In this document: in pieces, positions 21,291 through 29,792 of the stretch
Layout of the letters: every line of letters begins with the position of its first letter
Numbering within the stretch: position 1 is the stretch's first letter
Origin: a virus
Taxonomy: Duplodnaviria; Caudoviricetes
Reading direction: 5' to 3' (one strand)
Virus record (IMG/VR): IMGVR_UViG_3300006922_000005
Length of the DNA stretch: 64,000 nucleotides
Program-made: the position numbers and the translations under genes
The notes under the pieces: generated by a model
Database searches by the model: none
Told to the model about the DNA's origin: nothing
The model's input: only the letters and a program-made list of their open reading frames with translations

Positions 21291-21686
21291 TTATGTTGCT
21301 TTGCCTTCGCTAGACACAGGACCAAAGTTTGCACCTGGCATCACAATACATGCAAAATCTGGAGCAGGCATTATAACAATCGAAACTGAAAAGGTTTTTG
21401 GGTTTGCCCAAATAACCATTGGTCCTCTAAGAAACTGCCCATTTGGTAAACCCCATGTAACTAATGCTTGTGCTGTCGGTATTTCACCGTGTTTTCTCAG
21501 TAGTGCTTCAACAATCTCAGCAGGTCCGCAATCAACCAAAATAGGTAACTTCATTACCTGTGCATTAGGTTGTTGTTGAGGAGTTGGTGTTTCCTGTGTT
21601 TCCTGAGCAGTTAATTGGGTGAACATTGCACCGGAAAGCAATATTGCTCCGATGGTTAATCCTAAAGTTTTTAATAAGTGTTTCAT
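21291..21686 (-). CDS. Exported hypothetical protein
   Basis: Signal peptide; TAAATA-N5-ATG. Confidence 0.65.
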   Translation of the reverse strand: MKHLLKTLGLTIGAILLSGAMFTQLTAQETQETPTPQQQPNAQVMKLPILVDCGPAEIVEALLRKHGEIPTAQALVTWGLPNGQFLRGPMVIWANPKTFSVSIVIMPAPDFACIVMPGANFGPVSSEGKAT

Positions 21687-21698
21687 AATGTTATTTAG

Positions 21699-21788
21699 TG
21701 GCGGAAGGACTGGGATTCGAACCCAGGGAAGAGTTACCCCTTCGTCGGTTTAGTAAACCGGTGCTTTAAGCCGCTCAGCCATCCTTCC
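21699..21788 (-). tRNA. tRNA-Ser (anticodon ACT)
   Basis: GGAAGGA/TCCTTCC acceptor, long variable arm, GTTCGAATC T-loop, G73, encoded CCA; anticodon loop TTACTAA. Confidence 0.9.
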
Positions 21789-21886
21789 ACAAGTCTAACT
21801 TATGGTGATCATCCACGGCTCTCCGTAGATTAAAACATGTATACTATTAACAACGAGTGCAACTCCTAACATTTCTAAGTATCCCA

Positions 21887-22123
21887 TTACCTTTTTTCTT
21901 TCCTTATATTAACTTCTTGCTTGTGTACTACAAACTTTTCTATTTGAGACGGTTGTTTCACTAACCATCCGCCTTCATTAACAACAAAGACATCCCCAGG
22001 TTTGTATAACCAGTGGTCTTTAGGCTTACCTTCTTTACTAAACCCCATTACTTCTCCGGGCCAGTCTCCTGCAATTCTAAAGTTTTTACCAAATTGTTCT
22101 ACAGTGTAATCAAGCCACATCAT
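21887..22123 (-). CDS. Hypothetical protein
   Basis: ATGA-coupled small ORF. Confidence 0.55.
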   Translation of the reverse strand: MMWLDYTVEQFGKNFRIAGDWPGEVMGFSKEGKPKDHWLYKPGDVFVVNEGGWLVKQPSQIEKFVVHKQEVNIRKEKR

Positions 22124-22308
22124 AGATCAATCTCGTTTATTTGTATACAAATTGCTTGGGTTGACAGATTAAAGTTTCCATTTCCTTTACCTACTTGTTC
22201 ACTTAACATATCCCTCATACGAAAACATTCGTCCATAGTTCCTGGTAAGTCAACAACTGTACTAAAGGCCAATCCTGCTTCTATCCATATATAAACTAGA
22301 TACCACAT
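22120..22308 (-). CDS. Hypothetical protein
   Basis: TAATG-coupled small ORF. Confidence 0.5.
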   Translation of the reverse strand: MWYLVYIWIEAGLAFSTVVDLPGTMDECFRMRDMLSEQVGKGNGNFNLSTQAICIQINEIDL

Positions 22309-22469
22309 TAAACAGTTTCCTTGCTTGAGTGTATCAAACCGTAAACTTCGATTAAGTTACTGATTTGTGTAGCAAGGTGTGGCCATTTTTCTGTAAGTGT
22401 TTCTGCAAAACTATTACGTTCTTCAATTGACATTCTTGCGAATTGTTCAACTAGTGTATTAGTATCCAT
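22308..22469 (-). CDS. Small hypothetical protein (53 aa), not in ORF track
   Basis: AAGGAG SD and sigma70 promoter upstream. Confidence 0.6.
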   Translation of the reverse strand: MDTNTLVEQFARMSIEERNSFAETLTEKWPHLATQISNLIEVYGLIHSSKETV

Positions 22470-22495
22470 TTGTTTACTCCTTATTGTGTAAGTTT

Positions 22496-22524
22496 AATAT
22501 ACTACAAAAAGTAATGTTTGTCAA
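22496..22524 (-). promoter_or_regulatory. Sigma70-type early promoter
   Basis: TTGACA-17-TATATT. Confidence 0.7.
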
Positions 22525-22528
22525 CCTA

Positions 22529-22810
22529 TTATAGATATTCAACTTGTCCTGTAACTGTGTACATCTTTTTAAGAATTGATTCCACATCACTTTCAGTCAA
22601 AAAACCCTTCACAGTATCACCTTCTTCAGTGATGCCTGGCATTTCTACTTGTCCGTCACCTTTGAAGACAGCAATCTCATATAAGCCTTGGCGTCCGCCA
22701 TAACTTACTTCATTCTGTATAATTGACAGATCATATCCACCAAAGCGTACTTTGGCTTGTATGCCTTTAGGAATTAATGTTTCATTAAATGTTATATCAT
22801 TAAAAGTCAT
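22529..22810 (-). CDS. Hypothetical phage protein
   Basis: YDLSII...SYGG..GLYEIAV pattern; overlaps upstream gene. Confidence 0.6.
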   Translation of the reverse strand: MTFNDITFNETLIPKGIQAKVRFGGYDLSIIQNEVSYGGRQGLYEIAVFKGDGQVEMPGITEEGDTVKGFLTESDVESILKKMYTVTGQVEYL

Positions 22811-23225
22811 TATCCTCTTCTCCTTCGTCTAGATCTTCTCTTAATTGTTTTAGTTGTTCGGTAGTCATATTATTAACTTCACCGATACTTTTTTGTAATT
22901 TTACTGCATCTGGATGATCTGCATACACACCACCTTTTTCAAAATCACGTTCGTCTAGGATAGGACCTTTAGAGTCACTATCACGCATCATCTGAGTAAA
23001 TTCTTCAAGTAAGCGATCTTTAATAAAAGTTTCTAAATTCATACTATTCTTTTTATGACGATCACTTTCTATTTCTATATCTAAATCACTGACAATAGGT
23101 GTATGTGCATCGCACCACATCATTGGTAATCCGTCTTCACCATAATAAACTTCTACAATTTCATACCAAAACAAATCCGGAGAATCTTTTTGGTAACGGC
23201 GCATTATTCTAAAGTTCCAAGTCAT
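22800..23225 (-). CDS. Hypothetical phage protein
   Basis: MTWNFRIM...YEIVEVYY N-terminus; coupled ORF. Confidence 0.6.
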   Translation of the reverse strand: MTWNFRIMRRYQKDSPDLFWYEIVEVYYGEDGLPMMWCDAHTPIVSDLDIEIESDRHKKNSMNLETFIKDRLLEEFTQMMRDSDSKGPILDERDFEKGGVYADHPDAVKLQKSIGEVNNMTTEQLKQLREDLDEGEEDNDF

Positions 23226-23374
23226 TTTGTTATCTCTCTAATTTTTAATTTATAATCGTACATCGAGTTGTGTCCATTAAATTTAATAAGACAGTCTGTT
23301 ATGGTATAGTTTTTCCATCGTACTGTTTGTCCTGATGGGTATGTAACTTCGTATGTTCTTACTACGGTATCCAT
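23222..23374 (-). CDS. Small hypothetical protein
   Basis: Start refined to lie downstream of tRNA-Leu; AGGA SD. Confidence 0.45.
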   Translation of the reverse strand: MDTVVRTYEVTYPSGQTVRWKNYTITDCLIKFNGHNSMYDYKLKIREITK

Positions 23375-23398
23375 TAAGTTTGTCCTATATAGTTGCGT

Positions 23399-23485
23399 TG
23401 GTACGGACGGCGAGACTCGAACTCGCACGAACATGTGTTCTCAAGATTTTAAGTCTTGTGTGTCTACCTATTCCACCACGTCCGC
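23399..23485 (-). tRNA. tRNA-Leu (TAA)
   Basis: Cloverleaf, anticodon loop CTTAAAA, variable arm, A73, CCA. Confidence 0.93.
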
Positions 23486-23547
23486 GGCTAACGCCTTTAA
23501 TTAATTTGATTGTATTGCTCCCTAGGGAAATGTGTTACTGTTTATAT

Positions 23548-23576
23548 ACTATACTATCGAATGATATAGATGTCAA
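23548..23576 (-). promoter_or_regulatory. Sigma70-type promoter for tRNA-Leu
   Basis: TTGACA-17-TATAGT. Confidence 0.75.
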
Positions 23577-24256
23577 CTATTTTGTATATAAAAATATGTT
23601 TTTTTGAGCAATTTTTTTATGACAGGATGTCTTGTGTTAAAGTTCCATGCAGTTAGATATCCTACTAGGTTAGGTGAAAGTAAGTTTCCTAGTTTGTCAC
23701 GAAGTTCAGTTGTATTGTTTGCTTTTCGTAACATATCTAATGCTTGTTCTTTATCTGCGTGTCTTAGCAGTTCGCTTGAGATATTCTTTGCAAAGGCTTC
23801 TATCTCATCTTGATTACCTAAATACTTTTGTTCTCTATCAGTTGCACGAAAACCTTTTTGTGTCGCAAAGTCTCTTTTACGATATTGTTTACTGTGAATC
23901 ATTTCATGTTCAAGTGCATCAATAACTCTAAACTTAACTTCTTCTATAGTATCTGCTGAAAACTTTATACCATCTTTGTTTTTTGGATTAAACAACAAAT
24001 CAATTCTATAAGGATCTAATTCATCTTCATCGTCCCATGGATCATATGTTGCATTAAGATTCATGTCATTAACATCAACGTTGTTAGTGTAGTCTACTGA
24101 TACTTTTTCAACTCCTAAACTTGCTATTAGGCTTTTTAACTTTCTAGCAATATACTTAGGTTGAAGATTATCTCTAGTAAGATACGTTAGAAAAGGTTCT
24201 AGTATCTTTGCTAGTTCTGATCTATCTTGAGGTTGTTGTACTTCATATAAACGCAT
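23573..24256 (-). CDS. Putative zincin-type metallopeptidase
   Basis: HEMIH (HExxH) plus downstream EIEAFA; TAAATA-N5-ATG. Confidence 0.55.
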   Translation of the reverse strand: MRLYEVQQPQDRSELAKILEPFLTYLTRDNLQPKYIARKLKSLIASLGVEKVSVDYTNNVDVNDMNLNATYDPWDDEDELDPYRIDLLFNPKNKDGIKFSADTIEEVKFRVIDALEHEMIHSKQYRKRDFATQKGFRATDREQKYLGNQDEIEAFAKNISSELLRHADKEQALDMLRKANNTTELRDKLGNLLSPNLVGYLTAWNFNTRHPVIKKLLKKTYFYIQNS

Positions 24257-24264
24257 AATGCTAT

Positions 24265-24753
24265 TTAATCTAATTTGTATTCAAAATTTTGAGATACATC
24301 ATTTATATGTACTTGTTTTGCACCATTCTTAATATGAAAATGTGTTGCCATAGTTGTTAATGGTGATAGTGTTACTAGTCTACTAAACTTATGTGCCTTT
24401 GCCCATTCGCCTAGTTTTTTAATAATTTCTTTACCTGCACCTTTTTTTCTAGACCATACAGTGTATGCAACAACAATTTCTCCTCGTTGCCCGTCTTGGT
24501 TAGCAACCTGTGACATGTAATCCATTTCTCTAACTGTATGCGGTACTTCGGGACATAATGCAGTACAAACGATTGCTTCTATTTCTTCATTATACTTTAG
24601 ACCAAATATTTTTCGGCCGTGCATTATTCTAAAACCTAGTGTAAGTTCCGGTCTAACAGGATCCTCACTTACATCAATGTCGTCTAGTTCAACTAGTTCA
24701 GAACCTTTTACCCACTTAAAAAAGTCTTCGACACTGTCTTTAATTTTTAACAT
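24265..24753 (-). CDS. GNAT-fold-like protein
   Basis: YTVWSRKKGAGKEII resembles acetyl-CoA motif A; FHIKNGA near C-terminus. Confidence 0.5.
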   Translation of the reverse strand: MLKIKDSVEDFFKWVKGSELVELDDIDVSEDPVRPELTLGFRIMHGRKIFGLKYNEEIEAIVCTALCPEVPHTVREMDYMSQVANQDGQRGEIVVAYTVWSRKKGAGKEIIKKLGEWAKAHKFSRLVTLSPLTTMATHFHIKNGAKQVHINDVSQNFEYKLD

Positions 24754-24946
24754 TAATAGTATCTTCCTTCTTTGTTATTGACCATGCACCATGATCAAGT
24801 TCTTCCCATAATAGAGTGTCACCATCATCCCAACCCATTTGATTAAGACTTTCAGGTGGCAGATCTAAAAAGAGTTCTTTTGTTTTTCCGTTTTCTCTTA
24901 CTTGAACGATCCAACTGTTTGGACCTGTTTTCTTAGGATAGGACAT
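24740..24946 (-). CDS. AbrB/MazE/SpoVT-like DNA-binding protein
   Basis: LFLDLPPESLNQMGWDDGDTLLW pattern. Confidence 0.6.
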   Translation of the reverse strand: MSYPKKTGPNSWIVQVRENGKTKELFLDLPPESLNQMGWDDGDTLLWEELDHGAWSITKKEDTINVKN

Positions 24947-24956
24947 CCTGATCTCC

Positions 24957-25523
24957 CTATAATATTTCGTCTGCTATTCCCATGTCAACCATTTGTTTAG
25001 CAGTGTAGTATTGGTCCGAAGGATTTTTAATAAACTTTGTACGAACCTCTTGCATTGACATGCCTGTTGCTTCTTTCAATATATTTAAGCATCTAATTTC
25101 ACAGTTTTGATTTTCTTTCATCTGTGCTCTCATGTCATGCATTTTGGAATTCATTTCATCACTGTGTTGATGATTCATGCTACCTGCATTTTTACCAATA
25201 TATCGTTCACCTTCTTTACCACTTGCAAAAATTAAAAAACCTGCACTCATAACAGCACCAATACCAACAGTAGATATATTATGGTAACTGTATTTCATTA
25301 CATCAATAAGTGCAAAGGCTTCGTATAAATCTCCACCATATGTATTAATGTATAGTTCTAAAGTGCGTTTGGGTTTTTTCTGTAAGTTTGCCGATAATAT
25401 CCATTTAATACAATCGCCAACATTATCTGTAGTAATTTCTCCGTGTAGATAATATACGTCATTATCCAGAAGACTTTTGTCAATTGTTTCACTAAATGTT
25501 AAATTATCATATTTAGAAGGCAT
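24957..25523 (-). CDS. clpP2: Second, divergent ClpP-like protease subunit
   Basis: INTYGGD, VMSAG (Ser), MNHQ (His), DQYYTA...GIADEI. Confidence 0.85.
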   Translation of the reverse strand: MPSKYDNLTFSETIDKSLLDNDVYYLHGEITTDNVGDCIKWILSANLQKKPKRTLELYINTYGGDLYEAFALIDVMKYSYHNISTVGIGAVMSAGFLIFASGKEGERYIGKNAGSMNHQHSDEMNSKMHDMRAQMKENQNCEIRCLNILKEATGMSMQEVRTKFIKNPSDQYYTAKQMVDMGIADEIL

Positions 25524-25529
25524 AATAGT

Positions 25530-25558
25530 AATATACGTATATTTAGTTTAAAAGTCAA
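25530..25558 (-). promoter_or_regulatory. Sigma70-type promoter for clpP2
   Basis: TTGACT-17-TATATT. Confidence 0.7.
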
Positions 25559-25572
25559 CATCTTTATTGTCC

Positions 25573-25691
25573 AAGTACGGCCCCCATCCCGCCTACTCAG
25601 TGATCTGGCTCATTATGAACACGGAGTACCTACCAAACTACGCTCACGGATCCCCAGATCTTTCCTTATGTGTAGCATCATATTGTGCTAC
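25573..25691 (-). ncRNA. Candidate structured RNA 3' of tRNA-Arg(TCT)
   Basis: GC-rich island with stems GTAGCA/TGCTAC, GATCTGG/CCAGATC, GAGTAGGC/GCC-G-TACTT. Confidence 0.4.
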
Positions 25692-25696
25692 GGTAT

Positions 25697-25773
25697 TGGC
25701 CTGCCCGGCAGGATTCGAACCTGCAACCTACTGCTTAGAAGGCAGTTGATCTATCCAGTTGATCTACGGGCAG
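25697..25773 (-). tRNA. tRNA-Arg (TCT)
   Basis: CTGCCCG/CGGGCAG acceptor, anticodon loop CTTCTAA, CCA. Confidence 0.94.
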
Positions 25774-25778
25774 TAACT

Positions 25779-26039
25779 TCAATTATACTCCCTATAGTTC
25801 TTGATAGACCATTTTTCAACAACAGGTAAACCATTCTCATCTTCGTCTACTGCGACATAGGCCACAGTCTTTTTAACTGTACCATAACGGTATCCTTGAC
25901 CAACTACATCGCCTACCCAGATCTTGTGTGGGTAGTCGCACCATGTATCGCGATCATTCAGTGAAAATTCAAAATGGTTGCCCACTTCTTTTTCAACAAA
26001 TGCTCCAATTGGGTCTTTAGTGTGAGTCCAGTAAGCCAT
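25779..26039 (-). CDS. Hypothetical protein
   Basis: AGGAGG SD; promoter upstream. Confidence 0.65.
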   Translation of the reverse strand: MAYWTHTKDPIGAFVEKEVGNHFEFSLNDRDTWCDYPHKIWVGDVVGQGYRYGTVKKTVAYVAVDEDENGLPVVEKWSIKNYREYN

Positions 26040-26075
26040 ATAGGCCTCCTATTGCTGTTTTCTAACTATGTACTT

Positions 26076-26104
26076 ATAATAACACCACCCTATATAGAAG
26101 TCAA
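26076..26104 (-). promoter_or_regulatory. Sigma70-type promoter
   Basis: TTGACT-17-TATTAT. Confidence 0.65.
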
Positions 26105-26178
26105 CCACTAATTGCAATTATGTGCTAATATTTTTCCAATCCGGCGATAAATATCTATATCGAAGCGAGGATGTGTAC

Positions 26179-26457
26179 ATGGATTTTTTAGCGTTTGTTG
26201 GCGAAGTTGGTTTCCCTATTGCAGGAGCAATAGCCGCGGGATCATTTGTCTTCTTAACGTTAAAATTTATCCTAGCATCAGTAACAGGGTCAGTACAAGG
26301 TCTTAAAGGTATTATTGGTGCATTAGATAATCGTGTTCAAACTATGAACAACGACCTTGTTAAAATAGATGCATTATTAAGTTATGTATTAAGTATTAGA
26401 CCAAACGTTGATCGTATTGCGGCCAACGAAGGAAAAGAGGACGCTCGGCGTGATTAA
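26179..26457 (+). CDS. Small membrane protein, YvrJ-like (GFPI motif), paralogue 1
   Basis: GAGG SD before 26179; GFPIAG TM helix followed by coiled coil. Confidence 0.6.
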   Translation: MDFLAFVGEVGFPIAGAIAAGSFVFLTLKFILASVTGSVQGLKGIIGALDNRVQTMNNDLVKIDALLSYVLSIRPNVDRIAANEGKEDARRD

Positions 26458-26463
26458 AACAAG

Positions 26464-26793
26464 ATGACAACAGAATTAGCAAATGCAATTAAAGACTTTG
26501 GGTTTCCGATTGTTGCCGCTATGGGATTAGGTTATTTTGTTTATTATGTATGGAAGTGGGTAACCACTGAAATTAAACCTGTGCTAGGTGAAGCACAATC
26601 TACACTTATAAAATTAGTTGATCGTATTAGAATGTTAGATAATGATATGATTAGACTGAACACAAAACTATCAATGGTGTTAGAATACAAAGACGAGATA
26701 GAACAAGCCTCCGGGCAAAAACTAGACATAGACGATATTCTAACTAGGAACAAAAGTTTTTCTGAGGGGTTTGATAGTACGGGGAAAAAATAA
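26464..26793 (+). CDS. Small membrane protein, YvrJ-like (GFPI motif), paralogue 2
   Basis: GFPIVAAMG TM helix plus DRIRMLDNDMIRL coiled coil. Confidence 0.6.
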   Translation: MTTELANAIKDFGFPIVAAMGLGYFVYYVWKWVTTEIKPVLGEAQSTLIKLVDRIRMLDNDMIRLNTKLSMVLEYKDEIEQASGQKLDIDDILTRNKSFSEGFDSTGKK

Positions 26794-26879
26794 ATGTCAG
26801 AAGAACAAAAAAACTATTTTGCTTTGACTAAGTACATACTGATAGGATTAATATTCAGTATTGCAGTTGGAGTTGTAGT

Positions 26880-27251
26880 TTGTTATATGTGTTACTAACA
26901 TTTTTATTTTTACTTTTTGCTAAACATGCAATTTGTGATTTAGCAATTCAACGACTACTTCATTCAAATAAAGAAAAGTATCTTAATCAACAAGCACATA
27001 TTCACTACTTACATCACGGACTAGGTAGTTTGTTTGCAGGACTTGTTATTGATATTAAGTTCGCTTTTGTAATTTTTGTTTTAGACTATCTAATTCACTG
27101 GCACGTTGATTATTGTAAGACTCTTGTTCGTAAGTATTATGATCTGAAGGAAAAAGATTTGCAGTTTTGGGTATTGCAGTCTGCGGATCAGGTTCTACAC
27201 TATTTGACGTATATCCTATTTGCTGTTTTAGTTCTGCAATTCTACGCTTAA
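26880..27251 (+). CDS. DUF3307-like membrane protein
   Basis: KH..CD, H..H, HWHVD, DQVLH pattern. Confidence 0.7.
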   Translation: MLYVLLTFLFLLFAKHAICDLAIQRLLHSNKEKYLNQQAHIHYLHHGLGSLFAGLVIDIKFAFVIFVLDYLIHWHVDYCKTLVRKYYDLKEKDLQFWVLQSADQVLHYLTYILFAVLVLQFYA

Positions 27252-27274
27252 TTTGCATTACACGATATTCTATA

Positions 27275-29326
27275 TCACTTACCTGTTGCAATAAAAACTC
27301 CATTCCAATCTTTTGGTAAGTCTTGTGTTTGCTGGAATTCACAACGTTCGATCCACATCTTATAATATCCTTCCATCTTACCATCAAAGTGTCGCATTAA
27401 ATTATTGCAAAGTTTAATTGCTTCTTTAAAGTTTTGATTTCTATATTCTTTATGCATACGAATATGCATCTCTTGACTTTTTGTTATTGCATGTGTAACT
27501 TCAATATTTAATACTGTGTATATTGCGAGGCCAACACTCTTACCTTTAACTTGTAGATCATCTACTTTTAAGTAAAAGAAGTCGTCTTTTGTTGCTTCAT
27601 ATGTCGCTTCTCCAACAAGTAATAGACATCCGTATTCTTTACACTTGCTTTCAATACGAGCGGCTGTACTGACTGAGTCTCCAAGGACATCGTAACTGTG
27701 TCTTGCTGTACTGCCCATCTCGCCCAAATAACCAAGACCAGTATTAATACCAGCCCCCATCCCAACGGGTGGCCTGCCTTCGCTAGTAATTTTTTCATTA
27801 AACTTCTCCACTGCGGTTAACATTTTTAATCCTGTTTGGATTGCACTCTTAGGATGATGCGGATCGTCTAGTGGTGCACCGTGAATATGCATACTTGCAT
27901 CACCAATATATTTAATAACCATACCATCTGCATCTAGTATAGGTTGCGTAATTGCATCCATATAACTATTCATAATTTTAGTTAGGCCTTTTACATCATC
28001 TCCAAAACTTTCACCTAATGGTGTAAATCCTCTTAGATCGGAGAAGCAAATTGAAACTTCTTTTTTCATACCGTCTTTGATTAGTGCTGGATTCTCTTGT
28101 AGCATACGTACTACTGTTGGAGATGCGTATCCTGCGAACTGTTTCTTAATTGCTTGTTTCTCAAAAAATTCAACTACAAATCGATTAAACGTTGCATGAA
28201 ACCCTGTAATAACAGTTACAAGTACGAACCAACTCCAGTCCCATAGCATTAAATGCTTCGTAAACGCAATATAAGCACCGTACACTGGCGTTATAGAAGT
28301 AATGAGTATCATTGCCCCAACGGCCCAGTAAGGAGCACGTACGGCTACTAATATTAACAATAAGCCACCTACGATTGTTGCTATCCATTCTACAAATGTA
28401 GCATAATCGAAACGTACAATAGTGTCTCCATTTATAATAGTTTGGAGGCTAGTAGCAATAGGCATGTGTCCAAATTGTTCTCCACGTGGAGTGGCTATCA
28501 CATTGGCTAACCCTTCTGCTGTAATTCCTACAATTACTGTTTTACCTGCTAACATACTATAGTCATCTTGTGAAGCACTAACAGTTTCAAATTCTTTATT
28601 ATAACGTAACCATATTCTACCATATTGGTCAGTTTTAATTGTTGCATATTTTGGAACACGCATTGCAGTAATTCCGCCTTGTTGTGTTTTAACTTGATAA
28701 CTTGGATCACCAACAGCAACACGAATAGTTTCCATAGCAACACTAGGATATGTTTCATCACCAACTCTCATTATAAGAGGTACACGCCTTACGACACCAT
28801 CTATTTCTGGTACTGTTGATATTACTCCAACACCGTCTGCGTTTAATCCTAACAATTCAATTGGTCCTAACATACCTGGCCATTCAAACAACCAAGGCAT
28901 AGGATCGCCTATTTTAGCAACACCTCTTGGTACTGCATTTTTATTAACACCTTGTGTTGTTCCTGTTTGAGCAATAATTACACCATTACCTGCTAATGCT
29001 TCGGCAAGTTCCATATCTCCGCCTAGTCTATCTTCTTCAGAAAATAGTATAGGCATTACAATAATGCCAGCACCTGACTCACGTAACTTCCAAATTATAT
29101 CTGCAAGTGTTTTTCTGTTCCACGGCCACTGTCCGTATTTCTCAATTGACTTTTCGTCTATTTCTAAAATAGCAACATCTTGTGATACAGTAGGAATATC
29201 ATACTGTTGTATAATATCAAAACTTTTTAATCGTAGTGTTTCTTTAACATAAGGATCAGAAAATCCTATAAAAGAAAGTACTGCTAAAGTGACTAAAGCA
29301 GTTGCCCAATGTGTAATATATTTCAT
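27275..29326 (-). CDS. CHASE2-domain class III adenylate cyclase
   Basis: WPWNR...A.II, D.DGVVRR CHASE2 motifs; three TM helices; FSDLRGFT, KYIGD, YDVLGDSVSTAARIE. Confidence 0.92.
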   Translation of the reverse strand: MKYITHWATALVTLAVLSFIGFSDPYVKETLRLKSFDIIQQYDIPTVSQDVAILEIDEKSIEKYGQWPWNRKTLADIIWKLRESGAGIIVMPILFSEEDRLGGDMELAEALAGNGVIIAQTGTTQGVNKNAVPRGVAKIGDPMPWLFEWPGMLGPIELLGLNADGVGVISTVPEIDGVVRRVPLIMRVGDETYPSVAMETIRVAVGDPSYQVKTQQGGITAMRVPKYATIKTDQYGRIWLRYNKEFETVSASQDDYSMLAGKTVIVGITAEGLANVIATPRGEQFGHMPIATSLQTIINGDTIVRFDYATFVEWIATIVGGLLLILVAVRAPYWAVGAMILITSITPVYGAYIAFTKHLMLWDWSWFVLVTVITGFHATFNRFVVEFFEKQAIKKQFAGYASPTVVRMLQENPALIKDGMKKEVSICFSDLRGFTPLGESFGDDVKGLTKIMNSYMDAITQPILDADGMVIKYIGDASMHIHGAPLDDPHHPKSAIQTGLKMLTAVEKFNEKITSEGRPPVGMGAGINTGLGYLGEMGSTARHSYDVLGDSVSTAARIESKCKEYGCLLLVGEATYEATKDDFFYLKVDDLQVKGKSVGLAIYTVLNIEVTHAITKSQEMHIRMHKEYRNQNFKEAIKLCNNLMRHFDGKMEGYYKMWIERCEFQQTQDLPKDWNGVFIATGK

Positions 29327-29362
29327 ATTTGTATTTATTTGTGTTTAAGTTGGTGCTAAAGT

Positions 29363-29782
29363 TTATGATATATTGCACCAATACTGTTCTGCACCAGGCT
29401 GTAAAGACTCACAACCTCGTAGAAGTAATTCTAACATCACAGGTAGGTCTTGGGCAATACCAGTTATCATAGCAAGAAAAATAAACAGGAAAAATAGTAT
29501 AATAGGACTTAATAAAATTAACCACCAATAGGTTCTAAGTATTCCGTGTCCGTGTTCAAGTCTGTATTCTCTTTTATGAGCAAACCATCGTACTACTATT
29601 TTGATTATTGATTTAATTCCTCCAACAAACCAATCGCCTATAAAGTGTCTAATGATTCTAACAACAATAAGTATTGGACTTGAAACTACTTCCCATATCA
29701 AAAGTAATGCATCAACACAAAGATCAACAACGTGATCAATAGTCCACCATTCTTTAAAACGTTGCCATCTACTCTTGTTCAT
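29363..29782 (-). CDS. Hypothetical membrane protein
   Basis: Hydrophobic segments; late-promoter motif upstream. Confidence 0.55.
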   Translation of the reverse strand: MNKSRWQRFKEWWTIDHVVDLCVDALLLIWEVVSSPILIVVRIIRHFIGDWFVGGIKSIIKIVVRWFAHKREYRLEHGHGILRTYWWLILLSPIILFFLFIFLAMITGIAQDLPVMLELLLRGCESLQPGAEQYWCNIS

Positions 29783-29792
29783 AACGTATTTA

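Noticed and set aside
25573-25691. Theta/HDV-like ribozyme, hammerhead, or RNase P RNA identity for the post-tRNA element
   Set aside because: No G1 at the tRNA 3' end and no nested double pseudoknot. CTGAGTA is not CUGANGA and stem I is missing. AGGAAAG resembles RNase P, but the element is too short and lacks the 3' P4 strand.
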